Positions 14,780-22,281 of a DNA stretch of 28,491 bases are shown here, one piece after another; the first letter of the stretch is position 1; each line of letters opens with the position of its first letter. The position numbers and the translations under genes were made by a program. The notes beneath the pieces were generated by a model that saw only the letters and a list, made by a program, of their open reading frames with translations, ran no database searches and had not been told where the DNA came from. Origin of the DNA: Elusimicrobiota bacterium (lineage in GTDB: Bacteria > Elusimicrobiota > Elusimicrobia > UBA1565); assembly GCA_043827405.1 (NCBI GenBank), contig JBDRPD010000085.1:1-28491 (forward strand), written 5' to 3'.

Positions 14780-17700
14780 TACGCTTGGGCTTTGGGCGAG
14801 TACGGTTCTTTCTGGAAGTCCTTGATGGCGCGCTCAAACAGGCGCCCTTCTCCGTCTCGGGCAAGCCATACCCGGTCGCCTTTGATGGTAAAGGCGGAGA
14901 GCGGGGTTTTCCCCGTTTCGAGCTCAGCCAGGCGGTAAGTCGTAATCGGAGTCAGGGCGTCATCCCAGCGGTGACGGAAGACCAGGCGGGACTCTGAATC
15001 CGCCGTCCAGAATCCGTCTTTCTCCGCGAACAGCGCAATCGGCGAATGTCCCGCCGAATAGGTGGTAAGGATCGTGAGGTCGTCGTCGAGCAGATGCTGG
15101 AATATGCGGCGGCCGAGCATGTCTGAAGACCATAGATGCTTGCCGTCGAAATGCAGCGCGGCCGGGCTCTCGCCCGGGCTGCGCCACGCTTTCAGCATGC
15201 GCAGCCTGTCCTTCTCCAGCGTCCACTGCTGAATTTCGTTATTGAGCGCGTCGGCGACGTAGATGATCTCACCGACAAAGGCCATGCCCGTGATGCGGCT
15301 GCGCGGTATCGCGAAGCGGCCGTCCGGGACCAACCCTTTGGGCGTCAGGCGCAGGCGGTGCAGGCTTTGATTCATCCAGTCGCTTGCCCATAAAATATCG
15401 CCCTTCCATACCAGGGAGGTGGTATGCGAGAACGGGACGGCATAGTCCCTGCCGGTCGGCATGGATCGCCAGAACAACAGCGCCGCGGCCGCTCCCGTTA
15501 CGACCAGGGCCGCGGCCAAGACTCGCGGATGGGCCAAAACGCCCGCCGCTCCCTTGAGCGCCGCAATCCAGCGTGGAGTATTCTTTTCTTGCTGCGCGCT
15601 CAGCTCCTGCGCATGGGCTTCTTTCAGCGCGCGCAGGGCTTGTTCGCTCTCGTCGTTTTTACAGGCGAGCCGTTCGTGCAGTTTTTCAAGTTCGGCGTTC
15701 AGCGTTTGCGTCTGGGTCTCATAGGCTTTTTGCCGATCTTCATAAAGCTTTTGGAAGTGCTTGCGGACGGCGTCAAGCTCCTGCACGTCCTGCTGGCGAA
15801 CCCGCGCTTCCTTTTCCTGGGCGATGGTTTCGAAGGCCTTTTCCAGCTCGCGCCGGCTCTCGCGGTATTTTTCAGTTTCGGAATCCCGGAGATTATCATG
15901 CTTGCTGAGACGGGCTTCCAATTCGTTGATTTGTTTGTTGTGCCGAGCCTCGTTCGCCTGGATCATCTCGCGGTAGCGCTGCTCGTTCGCCTGGAGCATT
16001 TCCTGATAGCGTTTCTCGATCGCCTGCATCTCGTCGGCATGAATAGCGGCCTCGTCCACGCGCTGCGCTTGCAGGGCTTCTAAGCGCTCTTCATAGAGTT
16101 GGACGTTTTTTTGCAGGCGCGCATGGATATCGTTTTGCACCGTTCCCTGCTGGGCCTGGTACTGCGCGTGCTGCGCCTTGATCTCTTCCTGCAGGGAGTG
16201 GATGCGCTCCTGCAGACCGTGGATCTCCTGGGTATGCGCTTGCGCGCGCGATTGCGCTTCCACAATGGAGCGGCCGCGTACGGCCTGCAGTTCCTGCGCC
16301 TGGGCCGCCGATTGCTCCTGTGCGTCCTTGGCGGCGCGGTCGCGAACAGCCTGCAGCTCCTGCGCCTGGGCCGCCGATTGCTCCTGTGCGTCCTTGGCGG
16401 CGCGGTCGCGGACCGCCTGCAGTTCCTGCGCCTGGGCAGTCGATTGCTCCTGTGCGTCCTTGGCGGCGCGGTCGCGAACCGCCTGGATTTCGCGGGTATG
16501 GGCGTCGATCAGCTGCTGCGTGCCCCGGTCGATCCGGCCGTGAGTCGTTTCGATTTCCTTATTGTGTTCGTCTACGTGCGCCTGGACATGCTGCTCGAAG
16601 CGGCTGCGCAGAATCTGCACTTCGCGGGCATGGGTTTCCGCGGCTTCCTGTATGCGTTCCTGGAAGCGGTTGCGCAGAGCGGCTATTTCCCGCTCATGGC
16701 TTTGCGCGAGGTCCTGGCCGTGGGATTTCTCGCGCGCTACGAGGCCGTCATAAAACTTGCGCAGGGCTTCGAGGTCGTTTTCCGCCTGCGCTCTCTCTCG
16801 GCCGCGCTCGTCGTCAAAGGCTTTGCGAATCGTCTCTTTGAGGGTGTCGACGGCGTTTTGGTGTCCTTCCGCTTCCGCTTCGCGCAGTCTGGTATGTTCT
16901 TCGTGCAGGGCGTTGCGCTGGGCGGCGTAGGTTTTTTCCTGCTCTTCCAGGCTTTTCTTCAGGCTGGCGATGGCTTCTTCACGCAGCGCGTTCTGTTCCT
17001 GCAAGAGACGCATGCGCTCTTCCTGATGGGCCTTGGCGCGGTCGTTGAGCTCGGCGCGCGCTTGGGAGAGGGCTTCGACATACTGAGCGGTGCGCTTCTC
17101 ATGCTCGGCTCGCTGGGCGTCGAGCTCTGAGATTTTTTCCAGCTTGAGCTCCTTCTTCAGCTCTTCGACCTGCCGGCGGGCGGTGCGGCCCTGCTCGAGC
17201 GTCCGCTCATGGTATCTCGCCTCCAGCTGCTGGATCGTGTCTTCCAGCGCCTGGATGCGTTGGGTGCGCTTTTCCAGTTCGTCCTCTATGCGCGCGCGCT
17301 CCGCTTCCCATATCTCGCGGTGTTCGTCAGCGCATTGCAGCTTGAAGAACTCGAACTCCTTCTGCAGCTTGACGCGCCGCTGCGAGAAATCCTTTTCCAG
17401 CTGCAGCAGCTTCTGATGGTACTGGTCCTCCTGGATGCGCGTCTCCACCAGCGCTTCTTCGCGGAACCGGTCGTACTTCTCCTTCTGCTCGTGGAGGTCC
17501 TTCTCGTGCTGGCGGCGCAGCTCCTCTACCTGCGAGTGATAGCGCTTCTGCGCTTCGGTCAAAGCGCCGGAATAGCTGGCTTCGATCTCGGCCAGCTGCT
17601 CGTTATGCTCGACGAGCTCGCTGCGATGCGCCTGCTCGAGCTCCTCGATGCGCTTGCGGACCTTGCCCTCCAGCGCCGATTTCTCATCGGCGAAGGCGTG

Positions 17701-18024
17701 TTTCTGGCGGATGATATCGGCGACCTGCACCTCGCCCTTGAATAGGTCGTTGAGCATGTTCTGCATGTCGCCGACAAAGCGTTCCTTGTCCGCCAGCGTG
17801 TGGATGCGGGAGTCCAGCTCTTTTCTCTTGGCCGACGCTTCTTCGGCGGCCTTGTCGCGGGACAGGATGGTATCCTTCAGCAGCCGCTGGCTTTCGCTCA
17901 GGCTCTTCTCGAGGCCGCGGATGCGCTCAATCGCCCAGCGCAGGGTCATGCGCGCGGTGTCGAGGTTCCCGACGTTATCGAGGAGCTCTTCCGGGTTTTG
18001 CGGGTTGGTTGGGCTCGGTTCCAT
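14776..18024 (-). CDS. 1082-aa protein: about 820-aa coiled coil, TM helix, C-terminal 5-repeat beta-propeller-like domain
   Basis: Coiled-coil composition, TM VLAAALVVTGAAAALLFW (about 15469-15522), and repeats SLVWKGDILWASD / GMAFVGEIIYVAD / ALHFDGKHLWSSD / ALFAEKDGFWTAD / AFTIKGDRVWLAR. Confidence 0.8.
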   Translation of the reverse strand: MEPSPTNPQNPEELLDNVGNLDTARMTLRWAIERIRGLEKSLSESQRLLKDTILSRDKAAEEASAKRKELDSRIHTLADKERFVGDMQNMLNDLFKGEVQVADIIRQKHAFADEKSALEGKVRKRIEELEQAHRSELVEHNEQLAEIEASYSGALTEAQKRYHSQVEELRRQHEKDLHEQKEKYDRFREEALVETRIQEDQYHQKLLQLEKDFSQRRVKLQKEFEFFKLQCADEHREIWEAERARIEDELEKRTQRIQALEDTIQQLEARYHERTLEQGRTARRQVEELKKELKLEKISELDAQRAEHEKRTAQYVEALSQARAELNDRAKAHQEERMRLLQEQNALREEAIASLKKSLEEQEKTYAAQRNALHEEHTRLREAEAEGHQNAVDTLKETIRKAFDDERGRERAQAENDLEALRKFYDGLVAREKSHGQDLAQSHEREIAALRNRFQERIQEAAETHAREVQILRSRFEQHVQAHVDEHNKEIETTHGRIDRGTQQLIDAHTREIQAVRDRAAKDAQEQSTAQAQELQAVRDRAAKDAQEQSAAQAQELQAVRDRAAKDAQEQSAAQAQELQAVRGRSIVEAQSRAQAHTQEIHGLQERIHSLQEEIKAQHAQYQAQQGTVQNDIHARLQKNVQLYEERLEALQAQRVDEAAIHADEMQAIEKRYQEMLQANEQRYREMIQANEARHNKQINELEARLSKHDNLRDSETEKYRESRRELEKAFETIAQEKEARVRQQDVQELDAVRKHFQKLYEDRQKAYETQTQTLNAELEKLHERLACKNDESEQALRALKEAHAQELSAQQEKNTPRWIAALKGAAGVLAHPRVLAAALVVTGAAAALLFWRSMPTGRDYAVPFSHTTSLVWKGDILWASDWMNQSLHRLRLTPKGLVPDGRFAIPRSRITGMAFVGEIIYVADALNNEIQQWTLEKDRLRMLKAWRSPGESPAALHFDGKHLWSSDMLGRRIFQHLLDDDLTILTTYSAGHSPIALFAEKDGFWTADSESRLVFRHRWDDALTPITTYRLAELETGKTPLSAFTIKGDRVWLARDGEGRLFERAIKDFQKEPYSPKAQAY
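16275..16485. repeat. intragenic 66-bp tandem repeat, about 3.2 copies (22 aa, QAVRDRAAKDAQEQSAAQAQEL)
   Basis: Near-identical units start at 16283, 16349 and 16415, with a partial at 16481. Confidence 0.95.
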
Positions 18025-18038
18025 ATTTTGCCGTTTCT

Positions 18039-18067
18039 AGCGTAGCACGCCCGCCGGGCAAAATCAA
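18039..18067 (-). promoter_or_regulatory. promoter TTGATT-N17-TACGCT (extended -10) for the 1082-aa gene
   Basis: TTGATT at 18067-18062 and TGC-TACGCT at 18047-18039, 14 nt to ATG 18024. Confidence 0.6.
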
Positions 18068-18090
18068 TAACGTAAATGTTAAAGAATGGG

Positions 18091-18125
18091 AGAAAAATTT
18101 GGCAGGAGCGGCGAGGCGCTCTGCC
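18091..18125 (-). terminator. probable terminator after wzc
   Basis: GGCAGAGCG...CGCTCCTGCC hairpin (18125-18101) followed by AAATTTTTCT, immediately after the wzc stop. Confidence 0.5.
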
Positions 18126-18126
18126 G

Positions 18127-19872
18127 CTACGCTTTTAGGGATTTCTTGGCGTCGGTGTAATCCGAGTGATAGTAGTAATAGTAGTAGTAATAGCCGCCGT
18201 AGTAGCCGTCGGTCCGGGCGGTGACCTGATTGACGACGGCGCCGGCGATCCTGACATCGCCCTCATTAAGCTTCTCGATGGCCTTGCGGGCGAGACCGCT
18301 GTGGGTGCTGCCGAACTTCACCACGAAGGCGGTCGTGTCGCAGTGCCGCGACCACAGCAGGGCGTCCGTTATAGGGAAGACCGGCGTTCCGTCGATGATG
18401 ACCCGGTCGTAGTTTTGGGTCGCCCATTCGATGGCCGCTTTGGTGCGCGGCGTGCTCAGCAGCTCGGAGGGGTTCGGCGGCAGATGCCCGCAGACAAGCA
18501 CGTCGAGGTTTTCATGCTCCGGGGACTGGATTAGCCCGCTGATTTCCTGAGTATCCTTTCCATGGGCGAGGAAGTGGCTCAGCCCCTTTTCTTTGGAAAG
18601 ATGAAAGCGCTTATGCAGGCTCGGCCGCCGCAAATCTCCCTCGACAAGGAGGACGCGCTCTCCGAGTTGGGCGAAAACCATCGCCAGGCTCATGGCGATA
18701 AAGGTTTTTCCCTCGCCCTGGCCGGTGCTGGTGATAAGGATGGACTTCATCGGCTTGCCGGCGGCGGCGAAGCCGATCATGGTGCGGATATTCTTGAGCG
18801 ATTCGCCGGTAAAGGATTTCGGGCCGCTCAGCAGGTCATTGTAGTCCCGGGCCGAATCCGACTTAAGGATTGCCATGGGGACCGCGCCGAGAAATGACAG
18901 CTTGAGCCGGCGCTCGATATCCTCCTGAGTATGGAGGGTCTGGTCCAGCAGGTCGATGCCCAGCGCCAGGAGGTAGCCTCCGATCAAGCCCAGCAGGGCG
19001 GCCACCAGCAAGGTCCGTGCTTTCCGGGGTTTGTATGGGGCTTTCGGCACCTCGGCGGGATCGACAATGCGGACATTATTGCCGAGAAGCTGCCCGGAGA
19101 GCTCGGCCTTCATGCCGCGTACAATCTTCTGTGTTTCGTCTTCAATCTGGCGTTTAAGCGACTGCATTTGGGAATCGAGACGAAGCATCTTGGGATTCTC
19201 GGGCGTATACCTGCCCGAAAGCTCGGCCTTCTTCGTTTCCAGGCGGGCATAATCTCCCTTGAACTCCTGGATCAGCTGGCTGTTGACGACAGCGGGAAGG
19301 TCCTCCAGCTTGATGCGGTCGCCGGAGTCGATGCGCCGCGCCGAGTCCTTTGGAAAAAGCGTATTGAGGATTTCCCGGGAGATGTAGAGCTTGCTCTCGA
19401 CGTTTTCCTCTACGAACAGCTCGGCGATCGTATTGGCGATATTCGTCGCCAGCTGGGGATCCTGGGAATCCGCCGCAACGTTTACCAGACGGCTTTGCCT
19501 GATCGGCGTGATGGTTACCGTGCCGAGGAGCGCGTCGATCCCGGGAAATTCCTCGTTGTTGTCCAGCGCCAGCTTGCCGTGGACTTTTCGCATTAAGCTG
19601 CGGCTGCGCAGCAGCTTGTATTGGGTCTGGTAGTAGTCGTCCGCGGTGGTTTCCACCCGTGTTCCATCCCCGGAACCCTGGTTGCTGCGTTCCTTCTCGA
19701 TCAGGATCATGGCGGTGGATTTGAAGATTGGAATCGTGGTGTGAACCTGGATGGCCGCGCTGATGAGTATGACCAGGAAGACGGAGATGACGATCCAGCG
19801 GCGGCGCAGCAGGACCTGGACATAGTGGCGCAAATCGATATCTGCGGCCAGGTCCTCAAGGGGGTCGGCCAT
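18127..19872 (-). CDS. wzc: Wzc/GumC polysaccharide co-polymerase and BY tyrosine kinase
   Basis: IDLRHYVQVLLRRRW Wzz N-terminus, two TMs, NVRIVDPAEVP, Walker A TSTGQGEGKT, A' VEGDLRRP, PPNPSELL, Walker B IIDGTP, and a C-terminal Tyr cluster. Confidence 0.93.
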   Translation of the reverse strand: MADPLEDLAADIDLRHYVQVLLRRRWIVISVFLVILISAAIQVHTTIPIFKSTAMILIEKERSNQGSGDGTRVETTADDYYQTQYKLLRSRSLMRKVHGKLALDNNEEFPGIDALLGTVTITPIRQSRLVNVAADSQDPQLATNIANTIAELFVEENVESKLYISREILNTLFPKDSARRIDSGDRIKLEDLPAVVNSQLIQEFKGDYARLETKKAELSGRYTPENPKMLRLDSQMQSLKRQIEDETQKIVRGMKAELSGQLLGNNVRIVDPAEVPKAPYKPRKARTLLVAALLGLIGGYLLALGIDLLDQTLHTQEDIERRLKLSFLGAVPMAILKSDSARDYNDLLSGPKSFTGESLKNIRTMIGFAAAGKPMKSILITSTGQGEGKTFIAMSLAMVFAQLGERVLLVEGDLRRPSLHKRFHLSKEKGLSHFLAHGKDTQEISGLIQSPEHENLDVLVCGHLPPNPSELLSTPRTKAAIEWATQNYDRVIIDGTPVFPITDALLWSRHCDTTAFVVKFGSTHSGLARKAIEKLNEGDVRIAGAVVNQVTARTDGYYGGYYYYYYYYHSDYTDAKKSLKA

Positions 19873-20597
19873 TAGAAAAAACTCTCCGGCACGAAGATGA
19901 CGTCGTTGGTCTTCAGCTGCATGTCCTTGCTCTTGTCGCCGCGCTTCATGATCGCGGAGACCTCGATCATGAACGCTCGGCTGCTGTCCGGCGATTTGCG
20001 GATGACCCGGGTGCGGTCGATCGACGCGTATTCGGTAAAGCCTCCGGCGAGCGAAATCGCTTCGATGACGGTCAGGGGCGCCTCGGTGGGCAGAGGATAA
20101 GACCCCGGATTTTTGACCTGGCCCAGGACATAGACCTGCTTGTTGCCGTACTCCTTGATGAAGACGGAGACTTGCGGGTTGATCACGAAGCGCTTAAGCT
20201 TGTCGTGTATCGCCTGCGCCGCCTCGGTCACGCCGAGCCCCCCCACCTTGACGGCGCCGGCAAGGGGAAGCGAGATGGTGCCGTCCGGGCTGACGCGGAC
20301 GGTGCGGTTCAGGTCGTCTTCCTGGTAGACGGTGATTTCCAGCAGCTCCGCCGGGCTGATCTGATAGCTTTTTTTCTGTGCTTCGACGAACTCCAGGGCG
20401 CTGCGGATCGCTGCTTCTTCCTCTTGCGCGGTCGCGGCCGGGCGCTCGGCTGTCGCGGCGGGAGGGTTTGTCGTCGCCGGTGTTTCTGCGGGTGCGTCGT
20501 CGCCGACACGGAACGCCACCCCGCCGCATCCGGCGAGGAGCAGCCAGGCGGCGCCGACCGCGGTCAGGCTTCGTAGCGTTGGCAAATATCTCTCCAT
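19872..20597 (-). CDS. wza: Wza-like polysaccharide export (OPX) lipoprotein, Poly_export plus SLBB
   Basis: Lipobox LLAGC, YQISPAELLEITVY...VSPDGTISLPLAG, VYVLGQVKNPGSY, EAISLAGGFT, and DVIFVPESFF. Confidence 0.9.
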   Translation of the reverse strand: MERYLPTLRSLTAVGAAWLLLAGCGGVAFRVGDDAPAETPATTNPPAATAERPAATAQEEEAAIRSALEFVEAQKKSYQISPAELLEITVYQEDDLNRTVRVSPDGTISLPLAGAVKVGGLGVTEAAQAIHDKLKRFVINPQVSVFIKEYGNKQVYVLGQVKNPGSYPLPTEAPLTVIEAISLAGGFTEYASIDRTRVIRKSPDSSRAFMIEVSAIMKRGDKSKDMQLKTNDVIFVPESFF

Positions 20598-21091
20598 AGC
20601 CCTTGAGATTTAAGAATTAATTCCACGGTTTCGCGTACCGCTCCCTCCCCGCCGCGCGCGCGCGTAACATAGTGTGCGCACCGCTTCACTTCGGGCCGGG
20701 CATTCGCCGGGGCGACGGCCCAGCCTACCCGCCGGAGTACCGGGATGTCGGGAAGGTCGTCTCCGATGAAAGCGACGTGCTCCGCCGGGATCTTGGCGCG
20801 GCGGAGAATCTTCTCTAGCGCCGGGACTTTGTCGCTTGCGCCCTGGATTACATACTTCATGCGCAGCATGCGCGCGCGGGCCGCGAAGCCTCTTGAAGCC
20901 CGGCCGCTGATGACGCCGGTCTCCAGTCCCGCACGGGCCATCCAGGCAAGCGCTATCCCGTCCTGGGTGTCCACGCCCTTGAATTCTACCAGCACGCCGC
21001 GCGTGTCGACAAAGTGGAAGAGGCGGCCGTCGGTCAGCACGCCGTCGACATCCGTCAGCAGAAGCCGGACTTTGCGCGCTCCCGCGCTCAT
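20564..21091 (-). CDS. kdsC: KDO-8-phosphate phosphatase (HAD, KdsC/YrbI)
   Basis: LTDVDGVLTDG, DGIA, ISGR, AFIGDDLPD and GGEGAVRE motifs. True start is ATG 21091, 7 nt after the rpiB stop. Confidence 0.92.
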   Translation of the reverse strand: MSAGARKVRLLLTDVDGVLTDGRLFHFVDTRGVLVEFKGVDTQDGIALAWMARAGLETGVISGRASRGFAARARMLRMKYVIQGASDKVPALEKILRRAKIPAEHVAFIGDDLPDIPVLRRVGWAVAPANARPEVKRCAHYVTRARGGEGAVRETVELILKSQGLWRDICQRYEA

Positions 21092-21098
21092 GCGTCTG

Positions 21099-21563
21099 CT
21101 ATGAGCCGCAGCTTTTGCCGTAGCGCTTCTCCAATTCCAGCACTTTGCCGCGCCGGCGCACGTGCCGCTCGGCGCCCGAAAACCGCGCTTTAAGCCAGGC
21201 GTCCACGATCTCAAATGCCAGCCCCGAACCGATAACGCGAGCGCCCAGACATAAGAGGTTGACGTCATCGTCCTCGACGCCTTGGCGGGCGGAAAAGGTG
21301 TCATGCGATATGCCGGCGCGGATACCGGGGACCTTGTTGGCGGCGACGCAGGCTCCGACGCCGCTGCCGCAGATCATGATGCCCCTCTCGGCCTCGCCGG
21401 AGAGCACGCGCTCGGCTACCGCATGCGAGAAGTCCGGGTAGTCCACCGGCTCTTCGGAGCTGGTGCCGCAGTCGACTACGGTATGTCCCTGCTGTTCAAG
21501 GCGCGGATGCAGGACCTTCTTTAAGGGGAAGCCGCCATGATCCGCTCCGAGCGCGATCTTCAT
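21099..21563 (-). CDS. rpiB: ribose-5-phosphate isomerase B
   Basis: MKIALGADHGGFPLK, VDYPD, ICGSGVGACVAANKVPGIRA, NLLCLGARVIG and RHVRR. Confidence 0.96.
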   Translation of the reverse strand: MKIALGADHGGFPLKKVLHPRLEQQGHTVVDCGTSSEEPVDYPDFSHAVAERVLSGEAERGIMICGSGVGACVAANKVPGIRAGISHDTFSARQGVEDDDVNLLCLGARVIGSGLAFEIVDAWLKARFSGAERHVRRRGKVLELEKRYGKSCGS

Positions 21564-21569
21564 GCGGTT

Positions 21570-21578
21570 ATTCTAGCA
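21570..21578 (-). promoter_or_regulatory. extended -10 promoter TGC-TAGAAT, leaderless rpiB-kdsC-wza-wzc transcript
   Basis: TAGAAT at 21575-21570, 6 nt before ATG 21563, no SD. Confidence 0.65.
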
Positions 21579-21592
21579 TTCCCACTGTTGTA

Positions 21593-22231
21593 TTACAGCT
21601 TGGCGGGCTTATAAGAGAGGGCGGATTCCTCTTCTCCTTGGATATCGATCAGCGCTCTTTCCAGGGCTCTCGACCAGCTGACGGTGCTGTCGCGAGTTTT
21701 TAGTTTTGTTTTGGGGTCCATCATTTTCTTGATCATGTCTTCAACAAGCTCGCGGCGGGCCTGGATGCTGCTATCGAGCCGGACCACGACTTTTGGGCTG
21801 CGGCCCTTCATGATCGGCAGCAGCTTTACTTCGAGGATACCGATAGGCACCAGCCGCGTCGGCTTCGCCTCCAGCGGCGCCTGGCGCAGGATGTCCCGCG
21901 GGAATGGGACACGGAACTTCCGGCCCGCGATGATTACCGTCAGTTCCTCCTCGATGAAGCCGAATAGGTCCCGCGTGGGGTGCAGCCGGTAGCGGTCGGG
22001 CTCGATGCGCAGGATGGTGGTCAAACCGGGTTCGAACGCCAGGCGGTATTTCTCGGAGTCGGATTCCAGATTCAAGGCCAGTCGTCCCTTGTCGGTCTCG
22101 CCGGTCGGAGTCAGAATCCGGCCGCGCACGATGACGCCGGCATAGCCGAATTTAGATTCCCCGTAGCGCGAGGCATGCGTTCCGCTGCAGGAGGCCAGCA
22201 GCAGAACCGCCAAAGGCATAAGCCGCAGCAT
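21593..22231 (-). CDS. hypothetical lipoprotein (about 212 aa)
   Basis: MLRLMPLAVLLLASC lipoprotein signal. ORF-track start 22384 overlaps the SpoIID-domain gene, and the exact start is uncertain. Confidence 0.7.
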   Translation of the reverse strand: MLRLMPLAVLLLASCSGTHASRYGESKFGYAGVIVRGRILTPTGETDKGRLALNLESDSEKYRLAFEPGLTTILRIEPDRYRLHPTRDLFGFIEEELTVIIAGRKFRVPFPRDILRQAPLEAKPTRLVPIGILEVKLLPIMKGRSPKVVVRLDSSIQARRELVEDMIKKMMDPKTKLKTRDSTVSWSRALERALIDIQGEEESALSYKPAKL

Positions 22232-22281
22232 ATGCCGCCCATGGTAATTTTTCACCGCTAAACGCATAATAGATTCCATAG

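Noticed and set aside
16275..16485. 66-bp repeats as a CRISPR array
   Set aside because: The units are head-to-tail with no unique spacers, in frame within a CDS, and there are no cas genes.
18100..18117. tRNA 3'-end-like sequence (...CCGCTCCTGCCA) as an att site
   Set aside because: It does not match tRNA-Gly at 26899-26972 and is explained as one arm of the hairpin after wzc.
18169..18204. TAG/TAC trinucleotide tract as a phase-variable microsatellite
   Set aside because: Mixed TAT/TAC codons encode the functional Wzc Tyr cluster, and triplet slippage would not shift the frame.
21092..21304. ORF-track N-terminal extensions (kdsC from 21304, also 7571, 22384, 24531, 25808 and 4157)
   Set aside because: They overlap neighbouring genes or promoters or precede the family N-terminus. 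Downstream starts fit SD, coupling or leaderless signals better.
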